The position numbers were made by a program, and so were the translations under genes. A stretch of 62,981 nucleotides of DNA, counting the filler, from Reticulomyxa filosa (taxonomy: Eukaryota; Protista; Foraminifera): assembly GCA_000512085.1 (NCBI GenBank). It is 21 parts of 21 records of this genome, joined end to end, with 100 filler letters (N's around TTAATTAATTAA, not from the genome) between each part and the next. Parts side by side here need not be neighbours in the genome. Positions count along the whole stretch, not along the records: positions 38,618 to 39,792 come from ASPP01035300.1; positions 39,893 to 45,212 come from ASPP01020658.1; positions 45,313 to 46,966 come from ASPP01009009.1; positions 47,067 to 48,139 come from ASPP01001184.1; positions 48,240 to 53,777 come from ASPP01008759.1; 16 more parts are not named here. The stretch is one strand, 5' to 3'. Positions 38,618 to 49,916 of the stretch are shown in pieces; position 1 is the first letter of the stretch, and each line of letters starts with the position of its first letter. The notes beneath the pieces were generated by a model. That model was not told the DNA's origin and did not search any database. It worked only from the letters and a program-made list of their open reading frames with translations.

Positions 38618-39792
38618 CCTGAACAATCCATTGACACGTGCTATGTTCGATTGGCCCTTTTGACTCAACAACAATTCCAAAAACAAAAAGATAAAATGAT
38701 CAACAATCAAGAAAAGAAAAAAAGTGAAGAAGATGAAACATATAAAAATTACAAAGAAGAAAATGGAAAATGGCCAAATTCATTAGATTATTCATTAATC
38801 TATGGAAATCAAACTGAACATATCGAATTGCAGGATATTTGGAATGATAAACAAAGCCAATCAAAAATACATCACATTAGTATTCGAGGAGAAGCAGGGA
38901 GTGGAAAAAGTGTGTTATCTCAAAGAATTGCATATCTGTGGGGAAATCATCAAATGTGGAATCATCAATTTCAATATCTATTGCACATCCCTTTGAGAAA
39001 AATTATCAATGCTTTTCATCACATTCATGACAATAATAATGATGAAAAAAAAGATGAAAGTAATAATGATATTGAATATTTGTGGTCAGTTATTATCAAT
39101 GAATTACATATTCCACTATGGAATTTAGATGATACTAAATGTATTATTAATTCAATGAATGGATTGTTATTATTATTAGATGGATTTGATGAAATTGCAA
39201 ATGAAATTCAAAACAATAATAATTTACAATCATGGTTACAATATTGCACTTCAAATCAAAATTATTCAATAATTATGACAAGTCGACCCAATGCAATGTG
39301 TGAATATCTAAACAATCCAAGAATGTTGAATGTCATTGGATTCCAATCACAAGATATTCAAAATTATATCAATGCCTATTTCAAAAATAACAATGAATCA
39401 AATATTTTGATGAAGAAATTGAATAATAATCAAAGTTTGAAATTATTAAGTCATATACCATTGTATTTGAGATTATTTTGTTATTTATCAAGACAAGGTA
39501 AATCAAGTAATGAAAAATGGGATGAAATGACCCTTTCAAAATTGTATGAGACACTGTTGAAAAGTTATATGAAATGGAATTGGATGAAATTAAATGGATT
39601 CAATAAAAAATTAAATGATGACAAGATATTGAATATGTTTGAAATGGAAGTGGATTATTTATCTCAAATTGCATGGGAAGGATTAAAATGTGGTCAAGCA
39701 ATCATTTCTTGTGAAATCCAACAAAGAGTATTAAATATGATAAAATACAAATATCCACGTAAAGATATATCAGTGATATCTCAATGGTCTCG
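38618..39792 (+). CDS. NACHT-domain STAND NTPase (NLR-like), partial at both ends
   Basis: Pre-NACHT YVRLAL, Walker A ISIRGEAGSGKS, FQYLLHIPLR, Walker B LLLLLDGFDEI, sensor IMTSRP, VIGF...IQNYI, HIPLYL, T-x-SKLYE. Confidence 0.92.
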
Positions 39793-39892
39793 NNNNNNNN
39801 NNNNNNNNNNNNNNNNNNNNNNNNNNNNNNNNNNNNTTAATTAATTAANNNNNNNNNNNNNNNNNNNNNNNNNNNNNNNNNNNNNNNNNNNN

Positions 39893-40701
39893 AAAGAGAA
39901 AGAAAAAGAAAAAGAAAAAGAAAAAGAAAAAGAGAAAGAAAAAACAAAGACAAAGATAAAGATAAAGATAAGAACAAAGAGAAAGAGAAAGAAAAAGATG
40001 CACCTTTAACTGATGCCAAATTACCAGACTCGTCCAATACTGTTGATCCTTCTGCTCAGTCCATTGCTTTGCCTAACTTCCATTCCGCAGCCTTAGACTC
40101 AGATACAGTTGAATCGGATATTGAAACAGTCGACTCCGACGTGGAACCTGCTTCCAATTGGAAATGGAGAAATTCCACTACTCGTCTTCATTCCCAATCG
40201 ATGCACTTTTCTCGTGCTCCTTTCCTTTCTCGTCGTCACTCTCACTCCCACATTCGGGTTAAAAGCGCTAGTCAAATACTTTATCGGCCTCCTCTTCCTC
40301 GTTATAATCCGCCTCCGATCCCTCTCCAAACGCCTCTGCGAAATCAAGACTCTGATAGAGACAACTCTGAATATAGCGAAAGTGACCATGAGGCTGCAGA
40401 GGAGGTTGCTACTGCAATCACTGCCACCGCTACTGCCACCACTACTGCCACTGCTATTGCCACTGTCACTGCTACAACCACGACAACTTCCACTACCACC
40501 ACTACTAGGACCTCATTATCTCATTTCAAAAATCGATTGGTCAAGTTATTGAAACCTTCCAACGATAATGTCAGTGCTGAGGTTCCACCTCCCAATCCAA
40601 CTTCTTCTCTTGAATCGGAAAACAATCCTCAAGTATTGCCGCCTCCAGTGTCTCCCACCCCACAAGCATCAACATCACAAAAACAAGACAATGTTCAGTG
40701 A
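39893..40701 (+). CDS. Low-complexity C-terminal region (KE/KD, poly-T/A, Pro-rich), 5' partial
   Basis: Frame is open from the contig start through ORF 40069-40701. Confidence 0.5.
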
Positions 40702-41752
40702 CTTGTTTTTTTTTTTTTTTTTTGCTCGGCTTAGTAGAAAATATGTTGCATACGCGTGAGGGTTTTCTATTTGGTTTTTTTTTTTTTTTTGGGTCAATTT
40801 GAAGCATGTCGCTTATCCTTTTTTTTACATGCATACAAATGTTCCTTGTTTGGGTCGTTTGGAAACATGTGCCAGTGAGATACTATGGATATATGGGGTG
40901 TTCAAATATATTGCATTGATTTTTTTTAGATATTGTGATGATTCGGTTGTTCATAACGTCAACTAATTTAAACCGTAACAAAAAGTTTTATTTCACAAAT
41001 TTGAGGCTGCCGTTTATTGCAACACTACAATTTCATCATTGTGAGCCGTGAAAAATTACTCAAATAACAACATATTACACGTAAAGTCAGTAACGCAAAA
41101 ATTGATGCGAAATCCGTGAACCTTCTGTCACTCTTTCCAATAAATATGACACCTTAAGTCGTTGTAGATATTGTTGTCAATTTATAACTTATTTTGCATT
41201 ATTTTTCATTATTCTATGTTATATTTACATCACGTAAAAAAATACGACTGTTTTCTTTTCGTGCCACACATAAGACTCCAATAAAAAATATTATCCTCAC
41301 GTTACCAGAAATAGTGATCGATAAAAAATACCAAAAAAACTGTATTGTGAGTTTGGCAAATTAGATTGAAAAAAGACTTTTCTAAAAGGAATAAAATCCA
41401 ATTATCACTTTTTCCCCTTTATTTTTTATTTATAATAATATCAAAACTTATTCTTTTATCTTTTCTCCCAGAACCGTTCTCAAACAATCAAACAAAACCA
41501 TACATGTGCAAATGCTGAAAATTCCTGAATAAACAAAAAATTCCAAATTTAGAAACTAATCTCAATTATCTCAAATTTAGTCTATTTTTCCCTTCCTCCT
41601 GCTCTCTTCTTCCATTATTGCACACCCTTCCTCCTTTTAGTTTTGTGTGGGGGCTTTTTTCACTTGAATCTCTTAAAAAAAATTTTTTTCAAAAAAAAAG
41701 AAAATGTATTTCGTTTTATGATGTTGTTCTGGGGGGGTGTTGATTGGTCAGT

Positions 41753-42840
41753 TTATTCGATATTTTCTTCTTCTTGTTGTTGTTGTTGTTCTTGAGGGCC
41801 AATTCCCAAGGAAACCAAACCGGATTTGAATAACGAAGGTTTCAACAAGGGATGAATTAGCAAAGAGCTGTAACGGATGAAGTCAGGCAGGCTGATTTCA
41901 TCACCGATTGATCTCAACAAGTCCTCAGCTTCCTTTCCCTATTTTTTCACGCCACAAGAAAAATATCTTTTATTTTTTGACTGGAAAAGTCCGCGCCCAT
42001 CCCCGTGTCTTCATTTTCGTATTATACGTACACTTGCCTCCCCTCGTAATAATAAAATTTAAAAAAAAAAAAAAGACAGCAAAATTAGAAACTTGTTGAG
42101 GTGCGGACAAAAAGGTCTTAGATAAGTTCAATTCTTCCACTTTTTTTTTCTTGAGTCTTCCAGAATGCTCAGGATCATTGATTTCAAATATTTCAATGAC
42201 TTTTCTTTGTTGGAAGTCACTTACATACGTTGCGTGTTCGCCACGTACCAAGTGAAACACAATTGTTGGCACTGGCTCCCCCCACGCCACGTTGCCACCA
42301 TATCGGCGGAAGTTGGGATTCAAATTCATATTTGTTGCAATTTTTGTTACTTTTGCAATTTTTTGGCGTTTCAACAGTTCCACCAAGGTGCAAGTCAATG
42401 TGATGGCTTTTTTTTTTTTTTTTTGTTTTTTTTTATTTAAAAAAAATTTGTGTGTATATTATTACCATCATCAAAAGAAACGATTTTTCAACAAACTAAA
42501 AAACAATTGTAAAATATTATGGTACGTATTTTCGCTCTTCTCCTCTCCTCTATTTAAAAAAAGGGAGAAGGACAACAAATAATTAGAGGAATATACCTCT
42601 ATCAACGCCAGTGATGGTCAAGGTTTCATCATGTCTGAGTATCTTTCGAGCTCGTTCAATGAAAAACGACAGACGACCAAATTTTGGTGGTCTTGTTGTT
42701 ATAATTAATCGATTTGGCAGAGGCTTTATATAAATGCTATCTTTTTCCGCGTTTCCTTGTGATTCATCTTTCGTTTTCTCTATGGCACCTACGGTTTGTA
42801 TTTCTTCTTTTGTGTCATTTGCAACTGCGTCACTTGACAT
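41753..42840 (-). CDS. Alba-domain nucleic-acid-binding protein with C-terminal EF-hand-like pair (exons 42840-42597, 42406-42093, 41938-41753)
   Basis: FFIERARKILRHDETLTITGVDR|AITLTCTLVELLKR...KIAT...VPTIVFHL fits Alba (GxGxAIxxAVxVAExLKR; PxIxIxL). It is followed by EIFEINDPEHSGRL...EAEDLLRSIGDEISLPDFI. Confidence 0.78.
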
Positions 42841-43585
42841 TCCTATGTCATCATATACATTTTTAAAATTAAACATGAACACAAATTTTTTTACCCACCG
42901 CCATTTCGGAGGCAAATTTTTTTTGTTGTATGTTTTAAATTATTGCGCTAATTCAAAATTTGGATACGAAAAATTCAATTTTTTTTGCATTTTTCTTAAA
43001 GAAAAATTTTTGCACACGACTTTTTTGGGGTAAGGGTATTTAAGGGCAAATATGGTTGCAAACTGAGATTGTTCTCGAAAAGGATAATGACACGGTTGAA
43101 TCAAAGCTCAAGCAAAAATTTTTAAAGTATTGAAAAGTGTGGTTTGAAAGTACGAGTTCCTTTCTTGCTACTCTGCAACTGTTAGAGAAAAGTCACGACA
43201 ATATTCATCACTTTTGTTGTGTATTGCCATGGTTTAAGATTTTTCGCAATATCACAGATCAATTGTTGTGATATTTGGAGTACATTGTTGAAACAAGCAT
43301 CGTATACATATTTTTTTACTTTTTTATCTTCTCTTGTCTCGCATCAAGTTATTACTTTTCATAATTTTTTTCAGCTGGCTGTTTTTAAATTATATTTATT
43401 CAGCTCTTTTTTTGTGGTTTGTTGAATGAAAAGCACATGATTTGCAAAGACGTAAAATTATTACAAGATCTTCGAAAAATCTCTGTTTCTCAATTTGTTT
43501 TAAGGCACAAAAACGTCTTCTGTATTAAGACGGAAAAAAAAAGAAACAAGGCTTTTTCCCTCCTGGACGATTTTACGCATATGTA

Positions 43586-45084
43586 ATGGATGGTGAAGAA
43601 GCATCAGCAATAATACTAGACACTGGAACTGACACAACAAAAGCTGGCTTTTGTAGAGAAGAATCTCCGAATGTAATGTTTCCAACACTCTCTGGAAGCC
43701 TAAAGCAAAGTTCGCAAGCAGGAGCAAAGGCTCCAGAGGCGAGTGAAGACAAAACGTTTGTTGGAAAAGATGAGGAAGAATATGATGAAGCAACCATACA
43801 ATTTCCTATGCACCGTGGGATTGTGACAAATTGGGATATTATAGAACAGATATGGTATCACACATTTCACAAGTTTTGTATAATAAAACTGGGAAAAAGA
43901 GCAATCAAGTAAATCTTTTAAAAAAAAAAGGCCATTAAGCCTTCAGTAGTATCAATTGGCCCACCTTTCCTTCGCACATTTTCTTTTTCCATTCCGCTGT
44001 GTACAGTGAACTGCGCATCCAACCTGAAGAACATCCTATATTAACAACCGAGGCACTATTTCATCCAAGAGTAAATCGAGAAAAAAAAACCCAGGTGACA
44101 TTAAAATATAGGTTCTCAAAAAAAAAAAAATAGATTTTTTTGGTTTTGTTTCCCCTTTTCATGAGCTCAGAAAGTTTCAAAGGAGGAAAAAGAGCGTGTG
44201 TGTGTATAAATTGTAAAACGATTTTTGTGTACATATGACATATGGCATAATATTAATGTACATATCTCGTATACGTCTACTTTTGCAAATTATTATATGT
44301 ATGTTTTTTTTTTTTTTTTTTAAAAAAAAAGCTACTTTTTGAAAAATTCAATGTACCGTCAATGTATATGGCATTTCAATCGCAACTGTCGTTGTTTGCA
44401 AGTGGCCGAATCAATGGATTGGTCATGGACCTCGGCGAAGGAGTGTCACAGGCCGTGCCAATCTACGAGGGATATGCTGTGCACGAAGCAGTGTCACGTT
44501 CGTCTGTGGGTGGGTCAGAACTGACCACTTTTTTGAAGCAATACTTGCGCGATCGTGGTTATGAGGACTTCCCTCGGGGTATTGTGAAGAAAATTAAAGA
44601 AAGCCTCGCTCACGTGATCGACGATTTTGAGATGGAATATAGAAAAAGTATCTGTGGCGACCTTGAAAAATGCTATGAGCTGCCGGACGGGTGTGTGATT
44701 ACCGTTGCGTTCGAAAGGTTCATCTGCGCAGAAGCTTTGTTTCATCCAAAACTCTTGAACATAGAAGATGAGGGCATTCAAACATTGGCATATCAAAGTA
44801 TTATCAAATGTGATCTCGATATTCGAAAAGAGCTATTTCATAATATCGTTTTAAGCGGAGGCACTAGTTTGATTGCCAATCTGGACGACCGTTTGCTCAA
44901 GGATGTAGTCGCTTTGGTACCACTTCACACCAAGGTCAAGGTCATTGCCCCATCGGAACGAAAATACAGTGCATGGACGGGAGGAAGTATTTTGGCCAAT
45001 TTGAACTCTTTTCAAGACATGTGGATCACCAAACACGAATACGATGAACATGGATCTGGCATTATCAACAAAAAATGTTTTTAA
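43586..45084 (+). CDS. Divergent actin / actin-related protein (exons 43586-43872, 44007-44094, 44332-45084)
   Basis: [73 protein letters not shown]-terminal KCF. Both introns restore the frame. Confidence 0.95.
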
Positions 45085-45458
45085 TATAAAACATGCTTAA
45101 GTTTGTAATAATTTAGGAAATTTTTTTTTTTTTTTTTTTTTTTTCTAATGACAGCACTGAACAAAAAAGTGTTAAATTTTTTTTAGCATCGTTTTGCTGA
45201 TATCAATGGAATNNNNNNNNNNNNNNNNNNNNNNNNNNNNNNNNNNNNNNNNNNNNTTAATTAATTAANNNNNNNNNNNNNNNNNNNNNNNNNNNNNNNN
45301 NNNNNNNNNNNNACACACACATAGATTTATACGTTATCATTGTCATACCCGCAGGGCACTCATTTTTTTTTTTTTTTTTTTTTTTAAGTAGTGAGAAAGG
45401 AGATATTATATGCAGATATGTACTTTTTGTTGTTATTGTTGTGGTTGTATATGTTAAC

Positions 45459-46307
45459 CAGGCTTCAAATCTCTATGAACAATATTTCGATCATGACAAT
45501 ATCCAATCACATCCAATATTGTTTTGGTTATTTCTGCTGCCCCCCTTTCGGGAAAGCTGTGGAGCTCTTTTATTCTGTCTGCCACGTTCCAAGTAGAGGA
45601 AGAAGCAAAAGGGGTTTAAAAAAAAAAAAAAAAAAAAAGGGGGGAGGGGTATAAGCATTTGCAACGTATAAAAAAAAAAAAAAAAACAAACTGAAGAAGA
45701 TACCGCAAGGAAAAGAAAAAAAAATAAATACCAAATAATTCCCCTCCAGTGCACAGTGTTGTGCAAATGTAAAAGTTCTTGACATCCATGTAACAGCCTT
45801 CAAAGCTATATAACCCACCCCCGCCCCCAATATACCCATTCACCCACCATTAAAAGATGATAAAGACCGCTCTACAAACAAAACCATTAAAAAAAACAAA
45901 AAAAAAACAGAAAATAAAAAATTGGATGGTTGTATCCGAAACTGCAGGATGTTCGGATGTCCTGCCAATGTTTGTAGCATGCGCACCTCTTGCTCGAATA
46001 ACATGGGATTCCATCGATCGTTTTGACACAGCTCTTTCATTGCCATCAATTTGTGGTCTGAGTTTCTTGACACTCGCAAAACCCGACAAGACGCTCCTCG
46101 TCCCAACTCTTTTTCTACATTGAACAACCGGTATACGTTATTCACTTTGTTTTCCTCTGGCACAAATGAAAATCGTGATCTATCCATTTTCGTTTTCAAA
46201 TGCTTCGTTTCTGAGTCTTTGTCCCTCTTTGCATTTGCTTCTATTTTTTTCTTCTCCTCATTCGTAGTCAGTTTTTTTTTTCTGCTCTTCCGTAGTTCGA
46301 GTCTTTT
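45459..46307 (-). CDS. CaMK/CDPK-family Ser/Thr kinase, partial (exons ~46307-45943, 45805-45732, 45578-45459)
   Basis: [34 protein letters not shown]|[17 protein letters not shown]. Confidence 0.88.
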
Positions 46308-47066
46308 CTGAAATGAGAAAGTGAGTCATTTCTATCACTTTCTTCACTGTTCTCGTCTTTACATATATAGCAATTACCCATGTGACTTATCCGTCTTCTT
46401 GAACGTGTCAAATTTCAACAGGTAGTTTTTTTTGATTGTTTGCGTTATTAAGGTACCTGTCTCGACACGGAACATTTGTTTTTATTGTTGTGCCGATTCA
46501 GTTAAAAAAGAATAACAAAGTTTTAGTTAACATCAAACTTGATTATTTTTATTGTCCTGTTTTTCTGTGTCAAGTAGTTATCCATGAATGTTGGAACAAG
46601 ATTGTGAAAATTTGCACAACAAACAAGTGAATTTGAGTACACCCCCATTAACCACAATAACAACAACAAAAAATTTGACGAAATCAAAAAAACTCAAAAC
46701 AAACAAACAAAAGCAAAAGGAGGGAAAAAACAAAACCGAAAAAAAGGTGATTCAAAAAAAAAAAAACAACAACAACATATTTCACAAAAGAAGGCCAAAA
46801 GCATTCCACTGTTGTGTTTGTGTAGGTGGGTGGATTCATTTTCGAGATAAATCCTCATTTCCGACCTGCTCTTGAGACCGTGCTATGTTTCTGTGTACAT
46901 ACGCATATATGCATGTTTTTGTGTACGTTGCATGTACGTTACTGTTTTTGTTTTTGTTTTTTTTTTNNNNNNNNNNNNNNNNNNNNNNNNNNNNNNNNNN
47001 NNNNNNNNNNTTAATTAATTAANNNNNNNNNNNNNNNNNNNNNNNNNNNNNNNNNNNNNNNNNNNN

Positions 47067-47177
47067 ATAGCCTCCACAAATAAGAAGTTCTTCCTTGAAC
47101 AAAATACATTGTGCTTTTGTGAATGGCTTGGGTAATTCAGGCAAAGTTTGAAAGTAGTTGTTGACTTGAGTAAACAT
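47067..47177 (-). CDS. N-terminus of a second Kelch-like propeller paralogue, 3' partial
   Basis: MFTQVNNYFQTLPELPKPFTKAQCILFKEELLICGGY aligns with MSDQTFQTLKNLPNLLYQSQCVLHKHEVLICGG at 24289. Confidence 0.8.
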
Positions 47178-47890
47178 GTTAGATGAATCTTTTTTTTGAG
47201 TATCTAGGTAATCCTTTTTTTTTTTTTTCTGGAACGAACTTGAAAGTGATTGAAATTTTAAAAATGATTATTTTATAAAATAATGAGTTTTGAAATTTTT
47301 GTGGCTGCTTCTTTAAATTTTATTTGATTGGATGAGTAATGATTTGAGGATTTGTTGATTATTGAATCATTTTGCATAATTGTATATTTGCAATCAATAG
47401 AACATGTTTTTACAGACATAATGATAACGTATTCACATTTTATTTTTTTGATGATGTTTTCTTTTTAGAAAACTTGTGAAAGAATATTCCTTGATGAAAG
47501 AGATGTACTGTTTTTTTTTGTATTGTATAAAAAAAACTCTAAAAACACTGTTTTTGAGTTGCTCAGTCAGTATGTAGTGTCGAATTTCAATATCGATTGC
47601 GAAAAAAAAGGGGCTGTTTTGTTGAATGGCTTCCTCTCTTGGACAAGGGTTTGGTTTTTACAATCTTGGCATGACAAGTGAACACATCACTATACAACAC
47701 CATCCTATAAAGAAAGGTTTTACCTCCTTTTGTTTTTTAGGCATTGAGTTTCGTTCAATCCTTGTTGTTTAAATAAATTAATTATAAAATTCATTGTATC
47801 GCAAAGATTTGGATTATTTCAAGATAACAAAACAAGTAAAATTTATAAATTACAAGTTTATAATGACGCACTTAATATTTCTAAATCAAG

Positions 47891-48054
47891 TTTCTGAGTC
47901 TTCAAAAGTAAAAAAAATCATCATTATCATGCTCATACAACTTCAACAAACGTTTCCTAAGATAGATGAAGAGATCATTTCAGATGCATTGAAATACCTT
48001 AATCAAGATGTTGAAAAGACAAAAAGTGTTTTAACATGGCTAACTGAGAACACG
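47891..48054 (+). CDS. CUE/UBA-like ubiquitin-binding domain exon
   Basis: LIQLQQTFPKIDEEIISDALKYLNQDVEKTKSVL fits the CUE pattern LxxMFPxxxxxxIxxxLxxxxxxVExxxxxL. Confidence 0.55.
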
Positions 48055-48313
48055 TAACAACAAATTTCTATTCTTTTCTTTTTTTTTTTTAAATCTATAA
48101 ACATCAATTTATTGCTTCAATATCTTAATATTTTAATATNNNNNNNNNNNNNNNNNNNNNNNNNNNNNNNNNNNNNNNNNNNNTTAATTAATTAANNNNN
48201 NNNNNNNNNNNNNNNNNNNNNNNNNNNNNNNNNNNNNNNTTTTTTTTTTTTTTTTTTGAATTTTTTTTTTTTTTTTTTTTTTTGCGAACATCACTACGTA
48301 TACATTAAACACA

Positions 48314-48771
48314 CCTCAACATTGACATCGCCACTGCAAAATTCCGAAAATTAAGTGCCCCCATATCGGATTTGTCCATGAAGTTGAAAAAACGCTGAAC
48401 TAGTAATGATTTACTGTCTACTCCCAACACTCTTGCAAACTCTTCAATCGAAATCGTCCCGTCTTCACGTAAGTTCACATCTATTCCTAAAAATCGGGCA
48501 TGCAGTAAACGCAGCGTATTCTCGTCGAAATGCGTTATCTTTGCCAAGTATTGATACTCTGTTTGTGCTTTGTAGTGCTGTTGTAGCGACTCACGCATTT
48601 TGGATGCCCCTGGTGCGGGGTTTTCTGTTGCGTTAGTATTCGCATTTATTGCGTGCGTGTTTTGCAGCGCTGTTAGTCACACATTATTTTTCATTCAGAA
48701 GAATGTTGAGTACGCTTTATTAACAAAAGCAACAGAAATATAAGCTTTACTACTCAACTAGTATTTCCCAT
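48314..48771 (-). CDS. Calcineurin-B-like EF-hand protein, 3' partial (micro-exon 48771-48759, exon 48669-~48314)
   Basis: THFDENTLRLLHARFLGID...DGTISIEEF...LLVQRFFNFMDKSDMGALNFRNF is the CNB/CBL pattern. A 13-nt first exon supplies MGNT. Confidence 0.85.
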
Positions 48772-49392
48772 GACTGATTTACAAAATAAAATTAGAAAAT
48801 ATACCTTTTTTGACGCTCGGCTTCCTGTTTTTTAACAGTACAGTGCTCATCTTGAGTCCAATACAACATTTTCTTAATGGCATGGCAGATCATCTTTGTG
48901 AAGCAAATATTACTTTTATTTTGTTTTTAAGTAGTTGTGTAGCTCTATAATATTGGTTAGAGCACAAGAATAAACAAAAAGCGGTACATCGCTTTATAAA
49001 GACAAACGCCATTACAATTAAACAGCAAAAATAAAGACAAATATTTCTAAAAAAATCACAGTTATACAACTGCTAAAAAGTGAGAGTAAATATTTAGTAC
49101 TTTAAAATATGATCGATCAAAGGAAATTAAAAATGAATGTTTGTATTAACAAGTTTTTTGTATTGCGATTTTCCGGTACGTTGCTATTTTTTAAAATATT
49201 GTTTACTAAGATGACCACTCTTTGAAATTGCTTTATTAGTTTAATAATTTATTAGAATGATAACCACAAATTGCAATCAGTGTCGGTGAATCGTTTTAGC
49301 GTGTTTTAAACTGTTCTGACGAACTTTAGTTCAAGTTTTTAAAAAAGGAGTCTGCTGGAGGAGGAAAAATCCATTTAGGAAGGAAAAAAAAG

Positions 49393-49885
49393 ATGGAATT
49401 TGATTTAACTTTGGACATTTGTAAGAATTTGGACCCACATTTGGTGCTTCATTTGTTGGATTTCTTGAGCACTTTTTGTGTTGACACAGCAGTTGTGTGG
49501 CTTTTTTTGTTGTTGGTTGTGTGTATGATTTTGGGGGCCAAAAGTAACGAAAGGTTGACCAATGTAAATCATGACAGGAACAAAAGACGGCAAATGAAGA
49601 GAAGTTTTATTCACAAGAGTCGATATTGAAAGCGAAGACGAAAGTGCTTCAATCAACGAAGATGATCGACGCAATTCTCGACTTAGAAAGAGGTACACCG
49701 GCAGAAGGTGATACGACAGACAACAAGGATGGTCAAACGGACACGAATATACAGCAAACAGTGAACGAAAAAGAGGCAAGCACAAAAAAGAGCGAAACAG
49801 ACATAACTGCAACTGCAAAAGAAGCCGGCGCAACAGAGCCATCATCCGCAACAATAAAAGAATCTGCGCAAATTGAAGGTTTTTT

Positions 49886-49916
<31 letters not shown>

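Noticed and set aside
30431-39792. Apparent defence island (RNF213-like, caspase-like and NACHT within 10 kb)
   Set aside because: They lie on different contigs separated by spacers, so physical clustering is not supported.
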